From Raillietiella orientalis (Eukaryota): DNA of 64,000 bases. Location: NCBI GenBank assembly GCA_036172245.1, contig JAYWIR010000003.1, positions 4,526,001 through 4,590,000 on the forward strand, given 5' to 3'. Each line of letters starts with the position of its first letter. Positions within the stretch are counted from its first letter, which is position 1. The notes under the pieces were generated by a model that saw nothing but the letters and a program-made list of their open reading frames with translations, searched no databases and was not told the DNA's origin. Both the position numbers and the translations under genes were made by a program. Shown here piece by piece: positions 52,200 through 64,000 of the stretch.

Positions 52200-55100
52200 C
52201 TTTGAAGTGGCTCCGTTTCTTCCGGTCGAAGGTGCTCTACTTCTCCGCAAAGACTTGCTGAGCACCTCTTCTCGCGAATGAATCCGGAGAGGATCTCCTA
52301 TGACTGATTTGTTTATTGCAAGGAAAGGGAGGACGTTTCGTGAACTTGAGCCTCACCTTCTCATTCCACGGAAGGACCAAGAGAAAGGAAACGGAGGATG
52401 CGGGAGGAGCCGACTCTGTGTTTCCCGTCCCTCGCTGTGTTTGGTGGTAAGCTCCGGAGGCGGCAAGCTCACAAGCTCAAAGAACGAGGATGGAATCCCT
52501 GCCAGCACGGAAGACACTTCTGTGGCAAGACTGAGGCTCGGCCTTTGCACGCCGAAATTCCTCCCAAGAGCAGACGTGTCGTCGCTTCGTGACCTCCTCG
52601 CGGCAGCTTCTCACGACCGACATCTCCATTTGACGCAAGCCTAGCAGTCTTGCACAACCCATTCCCTTGCCAGTTTCTGACTGGTTCCTTCACCTCTTCC
52701 TTCGTTCCTCAACTGCTGCCGCCCCTAACTGTTTGCCTGTCACGCAGCCGCGGACCCCTTCCCATTCTTGGGAACTGAGTTTGTCATCCAATCGCCTCCC
52801 AAAGCGACAGGGCGGGTAGGCCTGCCGAGAATCCGCCAATCCGTTTGAATTTCGTGAAGCGGTGGGGGGTTGGGAGGGAAGGGGGGGATTCGCCCACGTA
52901 TCGGTGACCGCCGCTCCCTTATCGGGGCGATGCAGTTCGTCGAAGATCTTCACCGCATGAGGGATGCAATGCATGCGACGGTCACAGTCGGCAGCGACGC
53001 CGCGCTGTTGCGCTCCGACTGAGAGATTCCAACGCGCCCAAGCAACGGAAGCCCTCCGTTGCCCTTGCTGCTCGCGGGAAAGGCTGACCTAGCAGCCCTA
53101 GCGTGTTCGCGCGTGTCCTAAGCAACGAGTCTTTCAAGTAATATCACCTTCATGGCTGAAAGCATTCTCTGCGCTCCCCAAGTTCGTCGAGTTTAAAAAA
53201 GACTGCAGTTGCATACTTTCCTAAGAGGCAAACGAAAAATTAAAAAAAAACAAAAAAAAAGGAGGAGGGGGGGATAGGGCGGCGCAGCACGAATACCAGG
53301 AGAAACGAGAGCACTGCGTGCGGATGAGTAGCAGCTTCTTCCTGCAGATAAGTTTCGACACGACCCTCCGATTCGACGAGGTGTTGAAACCACCGCCAAC
53401 CGCGGACCTCATTCGCAACTGCCTGCGCGCGGCCCGGCGCCGATGCTTCTGGCAGAGCTCTTGCCCTCTCACGAGGGATGCGAAAAGCGCAGGTTCTTCC
53501 TCCGCGCGCGTTCAAACGGCAACACGGTGCTTGTCCCGTGGGAAACCCCGCGCACCTGCCTTTAGGGACAGAGCTGGCTCGCAAGTCCTCAGCTTCGTCC
53601 ACGGGCCTGCCGGCGTCCGGCAGATCTGCGCTCGCCCTGTGGAAGTGGCAACCGTCCACACGCTGCCTCCGAGGGCCCCTCTCGCTAGTCGTTTCACTGG
53701 AGAGGCAGCGGCAGCTCTCTATCAGCCCTTCTTTCGCTGCAAAAGGGCCAGCGGCTTCCTGAGGACGACTTCCCTCACCTACCACCAGCCGGACAGCATA
53801 GAGTCGGTAGACAGACTCTCAGAGTCCCTCAGGACCCTCCGGTCGAGGCTTCAGCCAGGTACGGGAGTTCGCTCTGGAGGGAGGGGGGGGTCGAGCGAAT
53901 GTCGTCAACGATGTGCCCGCGAGAGGAAGGAGGACGGGGGGGGGGGCAAACCCTGCTCCCAGCCGCTGAGCGTCGTCAGGGTTGACGGGCGCGCAGGTGA
54001 GCCTTGCAAAAGAGAGCTGTCCATCCATTCGGCGGTAGGCGCTGCTGCTTTTTTCCATTTCCCGTTCCCGGAACACTTCGGAGCGTGCGCGAGAACCTCA
54101 GCTTCCACTTCGAGAGCCGACGGACGGACGGACCTTTCCTTGCGTTTACGGACTCCCGTGGCAGCTGGATGGACCGCCCAATCTATTGACCGCCTTCCAG
54201 AATCCGAGTAGAAGAATCGGCTGCACTGGACGCAGACTCTTGAAGCGCCACCCGAGACCGCAGAGGAGAGGCCCTTCGCTCCCAGTCTTTCCAGCCATCC
54301 CGAGGCCATAGAAATCCCCTTCTGCTCTCCTGCTGGAGCCTCTTGCTGCAGGTGTTGTTTCGCTCGAGGGCACCTTGGAGCAACTGCTGATGGACCGACC
54401 CCCCGAGAGGCGATGCTGCATCTCCCCTGTCGTTCCTGTCCCCACTCAGGAATCTCTATCCCCTCACCGTGAGGCGGTAGATTCCACCCATGTTGATTGA
54501 GCCGTTGACTCCCTCCGCGCTCTCCTTGGTTCCCTCTTCCCGCCCTGTTCTGAGGTGGGGACTCTTTTGCCCCCGGGGGAGTCATGGAGGGCTCTTTCCC
54601 GAGCTGCGCGGCCACTCGGATGCCCTCGCTGAAGACGGTAGCTCGGACTGCCCACGGTCCCTTCCCCCCCCCCCTTCCATCGAGGGACTTTCCCGCGCCG
54701 CCGCCCCTGGGAGGCGGGTCCAGGAAGAAAGTTGCAACGCTGCCTTCTGGTGACCACAGAAGCGGCTGCCGCAGCTCGCGGGAAAGGCATCGGAAAGACT
54801 TGCTCGGATTCCCGGCGACGAGGAGAGTAGCTGCCTGGGAGCTGCCCTCCTCCTGATCCTCCAAGGAAGGAGAACCCCGAGGGATGATCGGGGATGCTGT
54901 TTTCAGCAGGACCGCGAGGCGGAAGACGATGCTCCCCAGCGAGAGCGCCATCTCGCGCAACAGGACGTGGAAGAGCCTGATTCAAGAGGGGCGCCCTGTC
55001 TGGAGTGGGGCAACATTGCACGTCATCCCAGTTCCTATTTGGGGAGAGACCGCCTACGATTGCCGGATTCCAGAGTCGGTTAAGCACTGTTCCAAGCCAC

Positions 55101-55236
55101 CCGAGGGTGAGTGTAGTAACTGTTCAAGTTAGGGAGTGACCCGAGAGGGATCACCATGTGAATCCAGGAAGGTTCCAGAGGAAGGAGTCCGTTCCTCTCA
55201 CGCCAGGGAGGGAACCCTCCATCCTGGTCTGATCGT

Positions 55237-57500
55237 CACCCGGAGCCGGGGCGTTTCTTAAAATTTAAGAGAAACTCCCAAATTGTGGTAGGACACGTGG
55301 CCCTACCCCACTCCGTTTGTTCACAAACATGCCGGGTCTCCGGTACGCAGACCGGAGGGACTCACCTTGGCAGCGAAGGGGAACGGGAGAAAACAAAAAT
55401 AAAAAAAAAAGAAAGAGTAAGTAAAAATAAATCAAAATCTTTGAGAGGGTTGGGAAGAGACCACTGTTCACTGGAGGGAGTCCTCTACATCCTTTCCCAG
55501 ATGCCAGATGGCATTTCGAACAAAGAAGAGCCGTGAAACGTCCCTAGGAGCGGCAACTGGAATCCGGAGGGTCGTTCCGAAACGTTCCCACAGGGCCCGG
55601 AGGGTAGCGCAGTCCACGATCAGGTGTGGGATGACGGATTCCCATTCCCTGAACCTGCGACATTCCGAGCTCGCCCTTTCCAGCGTCCTGCGATGTCATC
55701 GGGAGTTGCAGGGAAGACCCCAGTGCAACAGCAGAAGTGCCGAATTCTGCCACTTCAGGGAGAGAGTGCCGCCGTTCTTGAGCAATGGGGTCCATTCCAG
55801 GTTTTCGTAGAAATGCCGAGCAGCTCGTCCCAGCGCTACAGTCCTTGTGCAAGGGCACTCGGGGGCGCAGCATCCTCCAGCTGCCCCGTGGTCCATCCAC
55901 TCATCAGCTTCCTCCTGCCTGCGATCTCACAAGGGAATCCTCACCTCACCGATTGGCTGCTACCATTCGCCTCCTCCAGAAAGGACAGCGCTGCTGCAGG
56001 GAGGAGGGGATGAGCTCATGCTGAGACTCTCCAGGATCTTTCGCGGTGAGCAGCGGGCGCAGATGCCGAGTCACAGGCAGTTTCGTCGACCTTCAGAGCT
56101 CGGCTCGTTCCTCTTGGCCCACGCGCCAACTATTTCTCTAGCCAGACGACAGAGTTGGCGGGGCAGCCGGCCATTCAGTCGTCCTCCTTCGCCAGGATGG
56201 CCATCCGTCCGAGGAGGAGGCCGCATCTTCTCACCTCCGGCCGGGGAGAAGAAAAAGGTGGGAGGCGAGTCTTTTCGTGCGGGATACACGGTGGCTGGCG
56301 AGGAGGCGTGAGCCTGGGGACGCTCCCATACTTCGCTGCGGTGGCTGCACGTTCGCCATCGCCGCTGGACCTCTATCCGCTCCAGCGTCAGGAGGCCGAG
56401 GACACCGTCCTGGCGAGGAGCGCACGAGTCCTTCAGCGGGACTCAGTATCTCCCGTCGCCCCACAGGGCAATTCGTACGGAAAGAATAAAAACTAGGGGG
56501 TGGAGGAGAGGAGCGGCGAATGCGTTCCAGACCGCGGCCCGTTCTTGGAACGGGCCGAGTCCCATCTCCACTTTCGGGAGGCGCCCGGACCGGGCTTCTG
56601 CTAGGTTGAAGTTCCCCTGGTCCTCTCCAAAGGGAACTCCGAAGGGAATCTCTTCCTTATTCTCTCTGAAGGGAATCTCTCCTCGTTACTCCCCTGAAGA
56701 GAACCCACGAGGGGACACTCCCCTCAGGGAGCAGCGCGCTTCTTGCACTTTGAAGAGCAGCCCCCGAGGGGGTGTATCGACCATGGTGCGGCCCCATCCT
56801 CCCAACCAGAGGATAACCCCGAAGGGCTCCTTGATTCCTGGAAGGGACCCCGGAGAGTCAACTCTCAATCTCGGCCAGTCAACGGAGGCATGAGGGTGCT
56901 TCCACCAGTGCCGCACCCGAGGTCTGTGGGCTTCATCCTGTGGTGGGGACTAGAAACCCACGGAGCACCCCTAGTCCTCGGCGTCGGTACTTTTTTCTCC
57001 AGGCGGTGTTCGAACCCGCGACGTCTGATGCCGCCACACGCTGGAGACCACAGCCGCGTTGCCAAGATCGAACGCGCCGCAGACGCGTGGCGTATGACGA
57101 GACGCTGACGCGCGTGCGAAATCACCGCCAGCGGCGCTCTTGTCCGGCCTGACGCGGGCGTTGGCCGCCACGGAGGCAGAGCACGAGAAGGTGGGAAGCC
57201 GCCTCTCTCCCGACGGTGGAATAATCCCGACGTTCACTCGCAGCCGCATCCGGACGTTCCGTCAAGAAGAGGTCAGGGGCCACAATTCCGGCGGGACATG
57301 AGTGTCTCCTCGGAGAGCAGCCCCGAAGCGGTGTGGACTGGAACTCGGGGTTTCGAATGCTGTCCCGCCTCTTTCCGGATGTCCTTCTCCAAAGGGGTGA
57401 GCATGAACCATGCCCCGAGGGTCACTCGGCGACAGCCAAACACTTCAGAGTCCAATGCCTTCCCTCGAACCCATGGCAACCGCCTGAGGCAAAGAACCCG
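55237..57500 (-). mobile_element. Degenerate Tx1/L1-like LINE (RT to 3' end), copy C
   Basis: GKALDS (~EKAFDS), VHTASGLLSE, ANARVRPDKSAA (~SNA.VN..KS), then zf-RVT ECRRFREWESVIPHLIVDCATLRALW (~55590-55665), homologous to copy B. Structured 3' UTR ends AAGAAACGCCCCGGCTCCGGGTG. Confidence 0.6.
56630..56730 (+). repeat. Degenerate 27-29 bp tandem repeat
   Basis: GAAGGGAATCTCTTCCTTATTCTCTCT / GAAGGGAATCTCTCCTCGTTACTCCCCT / GAAGAGAACCCACGAGGGGACACTCCCCT. Confidence 0.65.
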
Positions 57501-57749
57501 TTGGACTCACCGAAGATGAGGACGCCGGACTCGCGACTCCTGGAGACACCGGTTTGCCGGCGGGCTATCCTGGCGCGGATCGGCCGCGGAAGACGAGTGT
57601 GGGCGCGAGCAGCGACCGCTCTGCAGCCGCGTCAAGGTGGAGGCCGCCTGCATAGCACGCAGGTTACAGAAAACGCAGCGGGAGTGACCAGCGGCCCCTA
57701 ACCCTCCCCCTTTTTATTTATTTACCTATTTGTTGTTCCTTCCCCTACA

Positions 57750-60300
57750 GCCTCCTCCCCTTCTGTGCAGCCGGTCCGCCAGTTGCGACCTCTTCCTTGA
57801 AATTTTGGAACAGCATAGTGGATGTGCCAATCCACGCGGCCTGTTTTTCTCTTTTTGGAAAAGAAACAGACTGGAGCAACCGGGGTGGACATGGTGCCGG
57901 CGGTTGCAAGGGACGACCCACCAGCTCAAGGAGAACACCAACGTTCGCTGCCAGCCAGGAAGCACGCGACCGTGAGCAGCGGTGGGGCGGCACTGCCTCA
58001 GGTCGCTCCCCGGAGAAGCCTTGGACCCGAAAACGGTAGGATCGCCTTAGTTGACGGGAATCTGGACAAAAGTCACGGGTCCGAAAACCCTGTGGGGTGG
58101 GGGAGGGAGGAGATTCTCTCACCGCAGTTATTGGCACATTCGAAAGGTCGACCCCGAGACCTCCTGTCCTCCGAGATCGCAACTGACCGTGCTTTCCGCT
58201 GCATTTCCAAATCGGCACAAAGGCTGGGCCATCACGGAAATGACTTTCAGAAGCGCTGCTCCTGAAGTTGCTTCTGCCATACCAGAGAAGAGGAAAACGC
58301 TTCCGGCTGCTCTTCCTAGCCACCCGCAGAGAAGCTCCCGAACGTTTCCTTGACGACGCTTCGCGTTTCCTTTCCCGCCCTGGAGGCTATGCTGCAGGCG
58401 GGTTAAAAAGTTGGAAGAGTTCCAGCCGAGTTCAGAGGCAAACCGGAAGCCCAGCTTGTCGAGAGAGAGGATGCTGGAGCGCGTTGTCCTGGAAGGAAAA
58501 AGGAAAACAGGAGCGAGGATGAGGATAGGAGAGAGTGCATGCAGCAGCTCTCCAGTGCGATGGTTCCGAGCGAATTTGTTTGTTTTTTGGCGTGTGGGGT
58601 GGAAAGACTCCCGTTTACCCTTATGGGGGGTTATACGAACCAAGGAGGCAGAAGCAACTCCCATCTCCTTCTTCCTTGATTCTGGATCCTCCTTCTAGAC
58701 ACTGTTAAGAGGGATTCGGTAGCTGGAGCTGAGGATCATGCAGAGGTGTGGTCCGCCACGTACCGTCGGAGGACGGATCCTTAGGCGGGCCTCGAATTCC
58801 CTGATCCCGCAATCCAATCAGCACACACAACCTAAGTTGGCTGCTTCCCATACCTACCTCTTCGTCAGCACTCAAGGGCTTCTTCGAGCTGATCAGCCGG
58901 GAAGCAGGCGATGCATGCAAACAGGCAGAGGTGGGCGGATGCTCCTGTGACAGGGCCGTGGGAAGGGGGAGACTGGATCTTCCTGGGAATCCCCACGGGG
59001 AGGTACTGGAAGTTCTTTGGAGTTCCGTTGGAGGAACTTCCGCTCGGTAGAAACCTGGCCCCACCGTCTGCAAAATCAGAGTTGGCTCGGCTCGTTCATG
59101 GAGGGCAGAAACTCCTTCCTGCAGGAACGGGCCGTGGTTTGGAACTCGTTCGCCTCCCCCCTTTTCCTCTCTTCCCTTTTTCTCTGTTGTGCTCGCAATG
59201 AAATAAAAAAAGTCCTGTGGGATGCAGGGAGTTCCGAGGTTCGCTTGAAACACTTGTGTGCTCCTCGTCGGTGGGATGGTGGGGTGGCCCTCCTGACATC
59301 GAAGCAAGTGGATCGTCAGTTCCAGTCGAGAAGAATTGCCTTGAGGCAGAGTCGTGGACGAGGTGGCCGTGATGTGCTCCAGCACGCATCCTCAGCGGGG
59401 ACTAGAAACCCATGGTTGTCCCACGTCCGTCGCAGCCGGCTGCTTGCCCGGCTGCGACGGACTGACATCGGTCCTCCTCGTCAGCCATCGAAGCCTGGGG
59501 CCCACGCCGGTTCTCAGCTTCGGCAGATGGTTGTTTTGTTGGAGGAGAACGCCTGGACCTCCAACCTCCCCGAGAACGGCGTTTCCTGGCTTCAGGAGTC
59601 GATTCACACGTGGGGGTGGGAGGAAGGGGGAAATCCACGACGCGAGTGCGGCGGCATATTTCTCGTGAGTCGTTGCTGGAGATCGCGACAACAGCCAGCG
59701 AAAACCCCTGTGGGCTCGTTGATCCTCATCGCTGCAGCACTGCCTTTCTGAAGGGAAGCAGGTGGCAGTGGAGTACTAGTAAGATGGGAGGACGCCTGCA
59801 ACATGAGGGGAAGAACCAAATGCCTCGCTGGAGGAGAGTACACGAGCGCTAGCCGACACTGCAACTCCCAGTGTCCCAGGACTCATACGCTGGGGGGGAG
59901 ACCTGGCTTCTAGAGACTCCTCCAGAAGATCTGTGTTGTCCGCTATCCCCAAGGACAGCTCCACCTCCCCCTGAAAGTGCAGGAGTCGGCGATGATGGTC
60001 TTTCATGGCGGTCTCCCATGCAAAGCAGGTCTTCAACATTAGACACGGGGGAGTGAGGATCCGAACTGTGACAAATGCGGGGAAAGAGATGCCCTCCCGC
60101 ACCTGCCTGTGGATTGCGTTGCTCCCCAGTCCCTTGGGAAACGTGTTGCCACGGTCTTTCAAACGCCGTTAGGTAGTCCCAGGGGCGGATTGAAACGCCT
60201 AATCGGGCGTGAAGCAATCGGGCGCCAGCCACATCCCTAGCGGTGGTCTGCTGCCTACGCGGGATAGTTTCGCGACTTGGATAGCCAAAAGAAGAGGCCA
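57750..60300 (-). mobile_element. Degenerate, internally deleted Tx1/L1-like LINE (ORF1-EN-RT traces)
   Basis: Minus strand order: FPAFVTV..KTCFAW..DH (gag knuckle-like), QET, DSASR, LVRITPHKG (~ITLIPKKG), ILSLDKLGF, RRQG, IWKCSGK..RTGGLGVD (~F.W..P...GGLG). Confidence 0.4.
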
Positions 60301-62149
60301 TAATGACAGGGGTGTGCCACCCACCGGGAGGAAGTCTCTATGAGGACTGTCGCGAGATGGCTCCATCAGGGAAGCATCAGGAACGAACTCGCCAACATTT
60401 TACAGAGGATGAACGGGATGTCGGACGGACACACGGTGGTCCCTTCCCGAACCCTTGCACGGGCAATATTATAGCCGAGGATTGGAAAAGAGGCGTAATT
60501 ATTGCTAGTTGAAAACTTCCCGAACCCCGCACACACACGGGAAAAAAAAAATAAAGGATATTTATTTATTTAATGGTATTTTATTTTTGTTTTTCCTCAT
60601 TCCCCGTGTCACAAGACGGACCCTCATCTGGGATGTTGTAAACCAAAGCGTGGTACCAAAAGTCCTATCAAAAAAGGTAACCTTGTTGTCTTTATAATAA
60701 AGGCCCAGGCGTAACTAAACTGATGGTCCTCGAATACAGCCAGGATGGGGCCCATCAAGTGATTCCGGGGGAACAACAGTTTTACATACACATAATATGT
60801 ATACATATTTTACATTTCATGTGCGTGTGTATCTATGTATCAACGCATCCGCACATGTGTGTGTGCTTGTATGTGTATTTATATATATACATATATAATG
60901 CATTATGCATGTATGCGTGCGTGCGCGTACACAACACATATGTATATAATATCTCCAAGCGTTTCTTCCTTGTCCAACGTAGGAAATGTTAACCCTTCTC
61001 TGGAGTGTCGAGTGTGCCGTCGCTGATGAAGATTTCTAGGTCCGATGGAACCGGGACGTTGGATGCGGGAGGCACTGGAGGTCTTCCACGCTAAAGATTC
61101 CACTGGAGGTGCTGTGTGGGTTACCAAGGTCTGCGCACAGGCAGCCGCCCTACGCCGCCGCCATTGCCGAACCGCGTGGCTGTGGGCGCCTGCATTCGAC
61201 ACGCGACTTGCTCGTAGCTCTCGTAGGGGAAAAGTGAGTACCCTTGAACAAAGGGAAATAGAGTTGGCGAGATGCATATAGTGGTTTTCGCTGCTGGCTG
61301 ATGATCTGCGAGCACCAAACGCTGCGGGCCATAAAGCAACTTCTTTTTTCTTCTTCTTTCCTTTGCTTTTCGAGACCTTTGTGAAGCCGTTCGGCTATCT
61401 GGTGCGGCATCTTATCTTGATCGTGGTCTTCGAACTCCTGAGTGCAGGCGGGCGGAAAAATCCTTCTCCCCCTCGGTTTTAGCCCTGCAAAGAGGAACAG
61501 CGCGTTGCCAAAGGCCGAGGCATAGGGACAAAGCGGCGAGGATGCTCTAGGCGCGTTCCAGCAAGTCTCTCCCTCTTTCTTCCGTGGACCTCCGTTACTG
61601 TTCCAGGCTTCGCGCAAATTTGCACGCTATGCGGAGGCGCCATAAAACTTACAGAGGGAAGCGGGGGAGGAGGAAGAGGCTTGTATGCTTGGGTTGTGTG
61701 TGTGCGTCAGGGGAAAGGGGGGGAAAGTTCAGTTCATCCTTGAGGGAGCCGGGTCTGCGCCGAACCAACACACCGTCGAGACGCCGCGGATGGAAAGAGA
61801 GCACGCTCTCTTCGTTCCCGAGTTCGGCGGCCTACATGCACCTAGCGGCGTGGGGAGCAAGCTTTTGCTGCGAAGCTGCTTCTGACTCCCTAGCTCAAGA
61901 AGCGGAGGATTTTCAGAAGGCAGTGAATGCTCACCTCGCATCCGTCACTATGAGCAGCGAAGCGGATTCCCAGCGAACAACCCATTCAGGAGAATCTTCT
62001 CTCTTCGTGCGTTCTTTCTCCACCAACTCTGCGACGCGGAGCGTCTTTCCTGTTTTCTTCCCGCTCCCACCTAGGCGTTTATTGTAGGATCGCGTTTGCG
62101 TTGAGCAGCCGACCGAAGGAAAAAAAAAGGAAAGGTCACTCCACCATAG

Positions 62150-63950
62150 TGGAATCTCCAAAGAATCGTGGTACGGCGGTATGGGTCCAGGGGGCGTTTC
62201 TGCTCGCAGGCAGTGCGAACTTCTGGACGATCTCCCAGAGGTTCGCACTGGGAGTGGGGAAGGGGGGATGGGAATGGGAAAGGAGTAAAGAAAAGAAAAG
62301 AAACCACCTTGTTGCCTGCACTGTGAGTCTTGCGGGAGAATCACGGTGAAGAAACTCTTGGCTGTATGCCGACGACCTGGTCTTCTATGCCCGAACCGAA
62401 AAAGACCTGAAGTTGAGGCTACGTCACTTGGAGAATCTCGCGTCTCGCTCTGGTCTCACCATCAATCCGTCCGAGTGCGCAGGACTGTTCTAGTTAGGGA
62501 ATACTCCCCGTGGATTAAGAAACGTCAACTTGGAGGCTAGCAGCGGTGCCATTCCAAACATCCCAGTATCTGAAGCATGCAGATACTTAGGAAACACTGG
62601 TCGGGATCGCAGTATTTGACACCATTCCGTCAAAGGGGGAGATAGTCAAGAAAACCCAAACTCTACTAACGTCTGGGCTCTCTCCCTGGCAGAAGCTGGA
62701 TGCGACGAAGACTTACTTCTTTCCTAGCCTCGTACCAGAGGCCAGGTGCGCATCCCAGAAGCGATTGGAAGTTCGCCGACAGGGAGAAGTCTGTGTTGCA
62801 CCTCGTCCAGCGCTGCTGATCAGTACTTATACGGGAATGGGAGGAAGAGATGTCTAAGGGTGATACGGCTGTTTGATGAAGCTGGCACCTTCATAATAGG
62901 CAGCTGCTTCGAGACCCTGACATCTAACATCTTCTGTCGCCGTTAAGGATGTTGCCAAGAACTTAACTCCGAGAGGTAGTGCTTAAAAAAAACTGCTGCA
63001 GCTGCCTTCGGAGGAAGATCTTGCAAGATTCCTATCTGGCGATCCGTCTGGAAAACTTTTCCCGGATCAGTGGAGATACCAAAGGCATATGGACCACTGG
63101 AAGCCGAGCCCCTCCACCTGGAGCTTCGAGGATGGTGGAACCAGAATCCAACTAGGAGAGCTGGCGTTCGGCGCACCGATGAGGAGGAAGTTCGCTGTGG
63201 ATGGTGCGCGACGCACGAAGAAAGTGAGTGTGGCTATAACTGATTGGTCAATATCCGGACCAAGGGAAAGCCATGAGATGTGCAGGACCCTGTCGTTCCT
63301 CAAGTTACTTCTTGGCAACTGGTGAACATCTTCGTTTCGCCGACTATCGATTCATCCATGCGGGCAAGACTGAACCTGCTGTCGATTCAGGGGCGTCTCA
63401 GGGAAACCCCAAAGAGAAAGATCGTGCCACCGCTGTGTAGTCTGGGATGAGACCCTGCCTCGAGTTCCACATTACTGCACGAGGCGCTCTCTCCCGCAGG
63501 CAGCGAGGCACGGCGACATCGCAGGATTGTCGGCAGCAGATAAGGATGCTGCAGGGTGGCCCAGACTGTACTTGCGAGCGATCCCAATGTGAGAGGCCCG
63601 ACCTGGCGACGCAGAAGGCAAACAGGACGATAATCCTTGAATGTCCATTCGAGAACACCGAGGAGGCATTCCACTCCAGCAAGAACAGAGGAAGAGGACA
63701 AGCATCAAGAGATTGCCCTACTGCTAAGAAGGAAAGGACTTCGGCTCGAAGCCAAAGTCCTTTTGGGCGCGCCAGGAACCCGGATCCCCGGAACGATGGC
63801 GTAGCTCGCGAGCTGAGCATCCCGAAACCGTATGCCGAGAAAATGAGACACCTGACGGTGGTCTCATGCATACAGCACAGTAGGAGCATCCACTGGACGC
63901 ACCGACTGGGACACTCTCCGGATGACGTTCATCCAGAGACGAGGCCATGA
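62150..63950 (+). mobile_element. R2-superfamily (Utopia/NeSL-like) non-LTR retrotransposon, RT to RLE, frameshifted
   Basis: YADDL at 62365-62379, GLTINPSEC, RYLG, SGLSPWQKLDATKTYFFPSL, QYLYG, PDQGKAM, RFADYRFIH..RLNLL, CHRC..ETLP.V.HYC, ARH, RPDL...ILECPFEN, DPRND..RELSI, SRSIH. This is the canonical motif order of the clade. Confidence 0.85.
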
Positions 63951-64000
63951 CGCGGCGGCTGCAGAAGAGGAGAGTTCCCCATCCAGCCCATGAACAAAAA

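Noticed and set aside
56995..57065. Minus-strand GTCGCGGGTTCGAACACCGC (tRNA T-arm-like)
   Set aside because: Lies within the Tx1-like RT remnant and does not fold into a cloverleaf.
61020..61060. Hammerhead-like CTGATGA core (also near 46108 and 46934)
   Set aside because: No properly placed GAAA with stems I-III.

Overview
Eukaryotic (metazoan, probably arthropod-like; inference) genomic DNA. Three intron-containing genes can be reconstructed exon by exon with GT-AG sites and consistent phases: mitochondrial succinate-semialdehyde dehydrogenase (ALDH5A1, minus, 8298-10320, 506 aa), Mediator subunit MED1 (plus, ~19492-24760, ~1569 aa) and an ABCG half-transporter (plus, 41991-47473, ~761 aa). 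The rest is a GC-rich graveyard of decayed transposons: several Tx1/L1-like LINEs, a MULE, RTE/R1-like traces and one better preserved R2-superfamily (Utopia/NeSL-like) element at the right end. Most listed ORFs are GC-driven shadows. I found no CRISPR, rRNA or convincing tRNA, and no clear novel multi-gene system. The most interesting signals are: a dispersed, covarying three-hairpin RNA module in at least four copies; a sharp CpG-depletion/GC boundary running through one MED1 exon; 43-50 nt micro-introns; and a scrambled inverted duplication joined at an 8-bp microhomology. Family assignments are from motif recognition by eye, not database searches.
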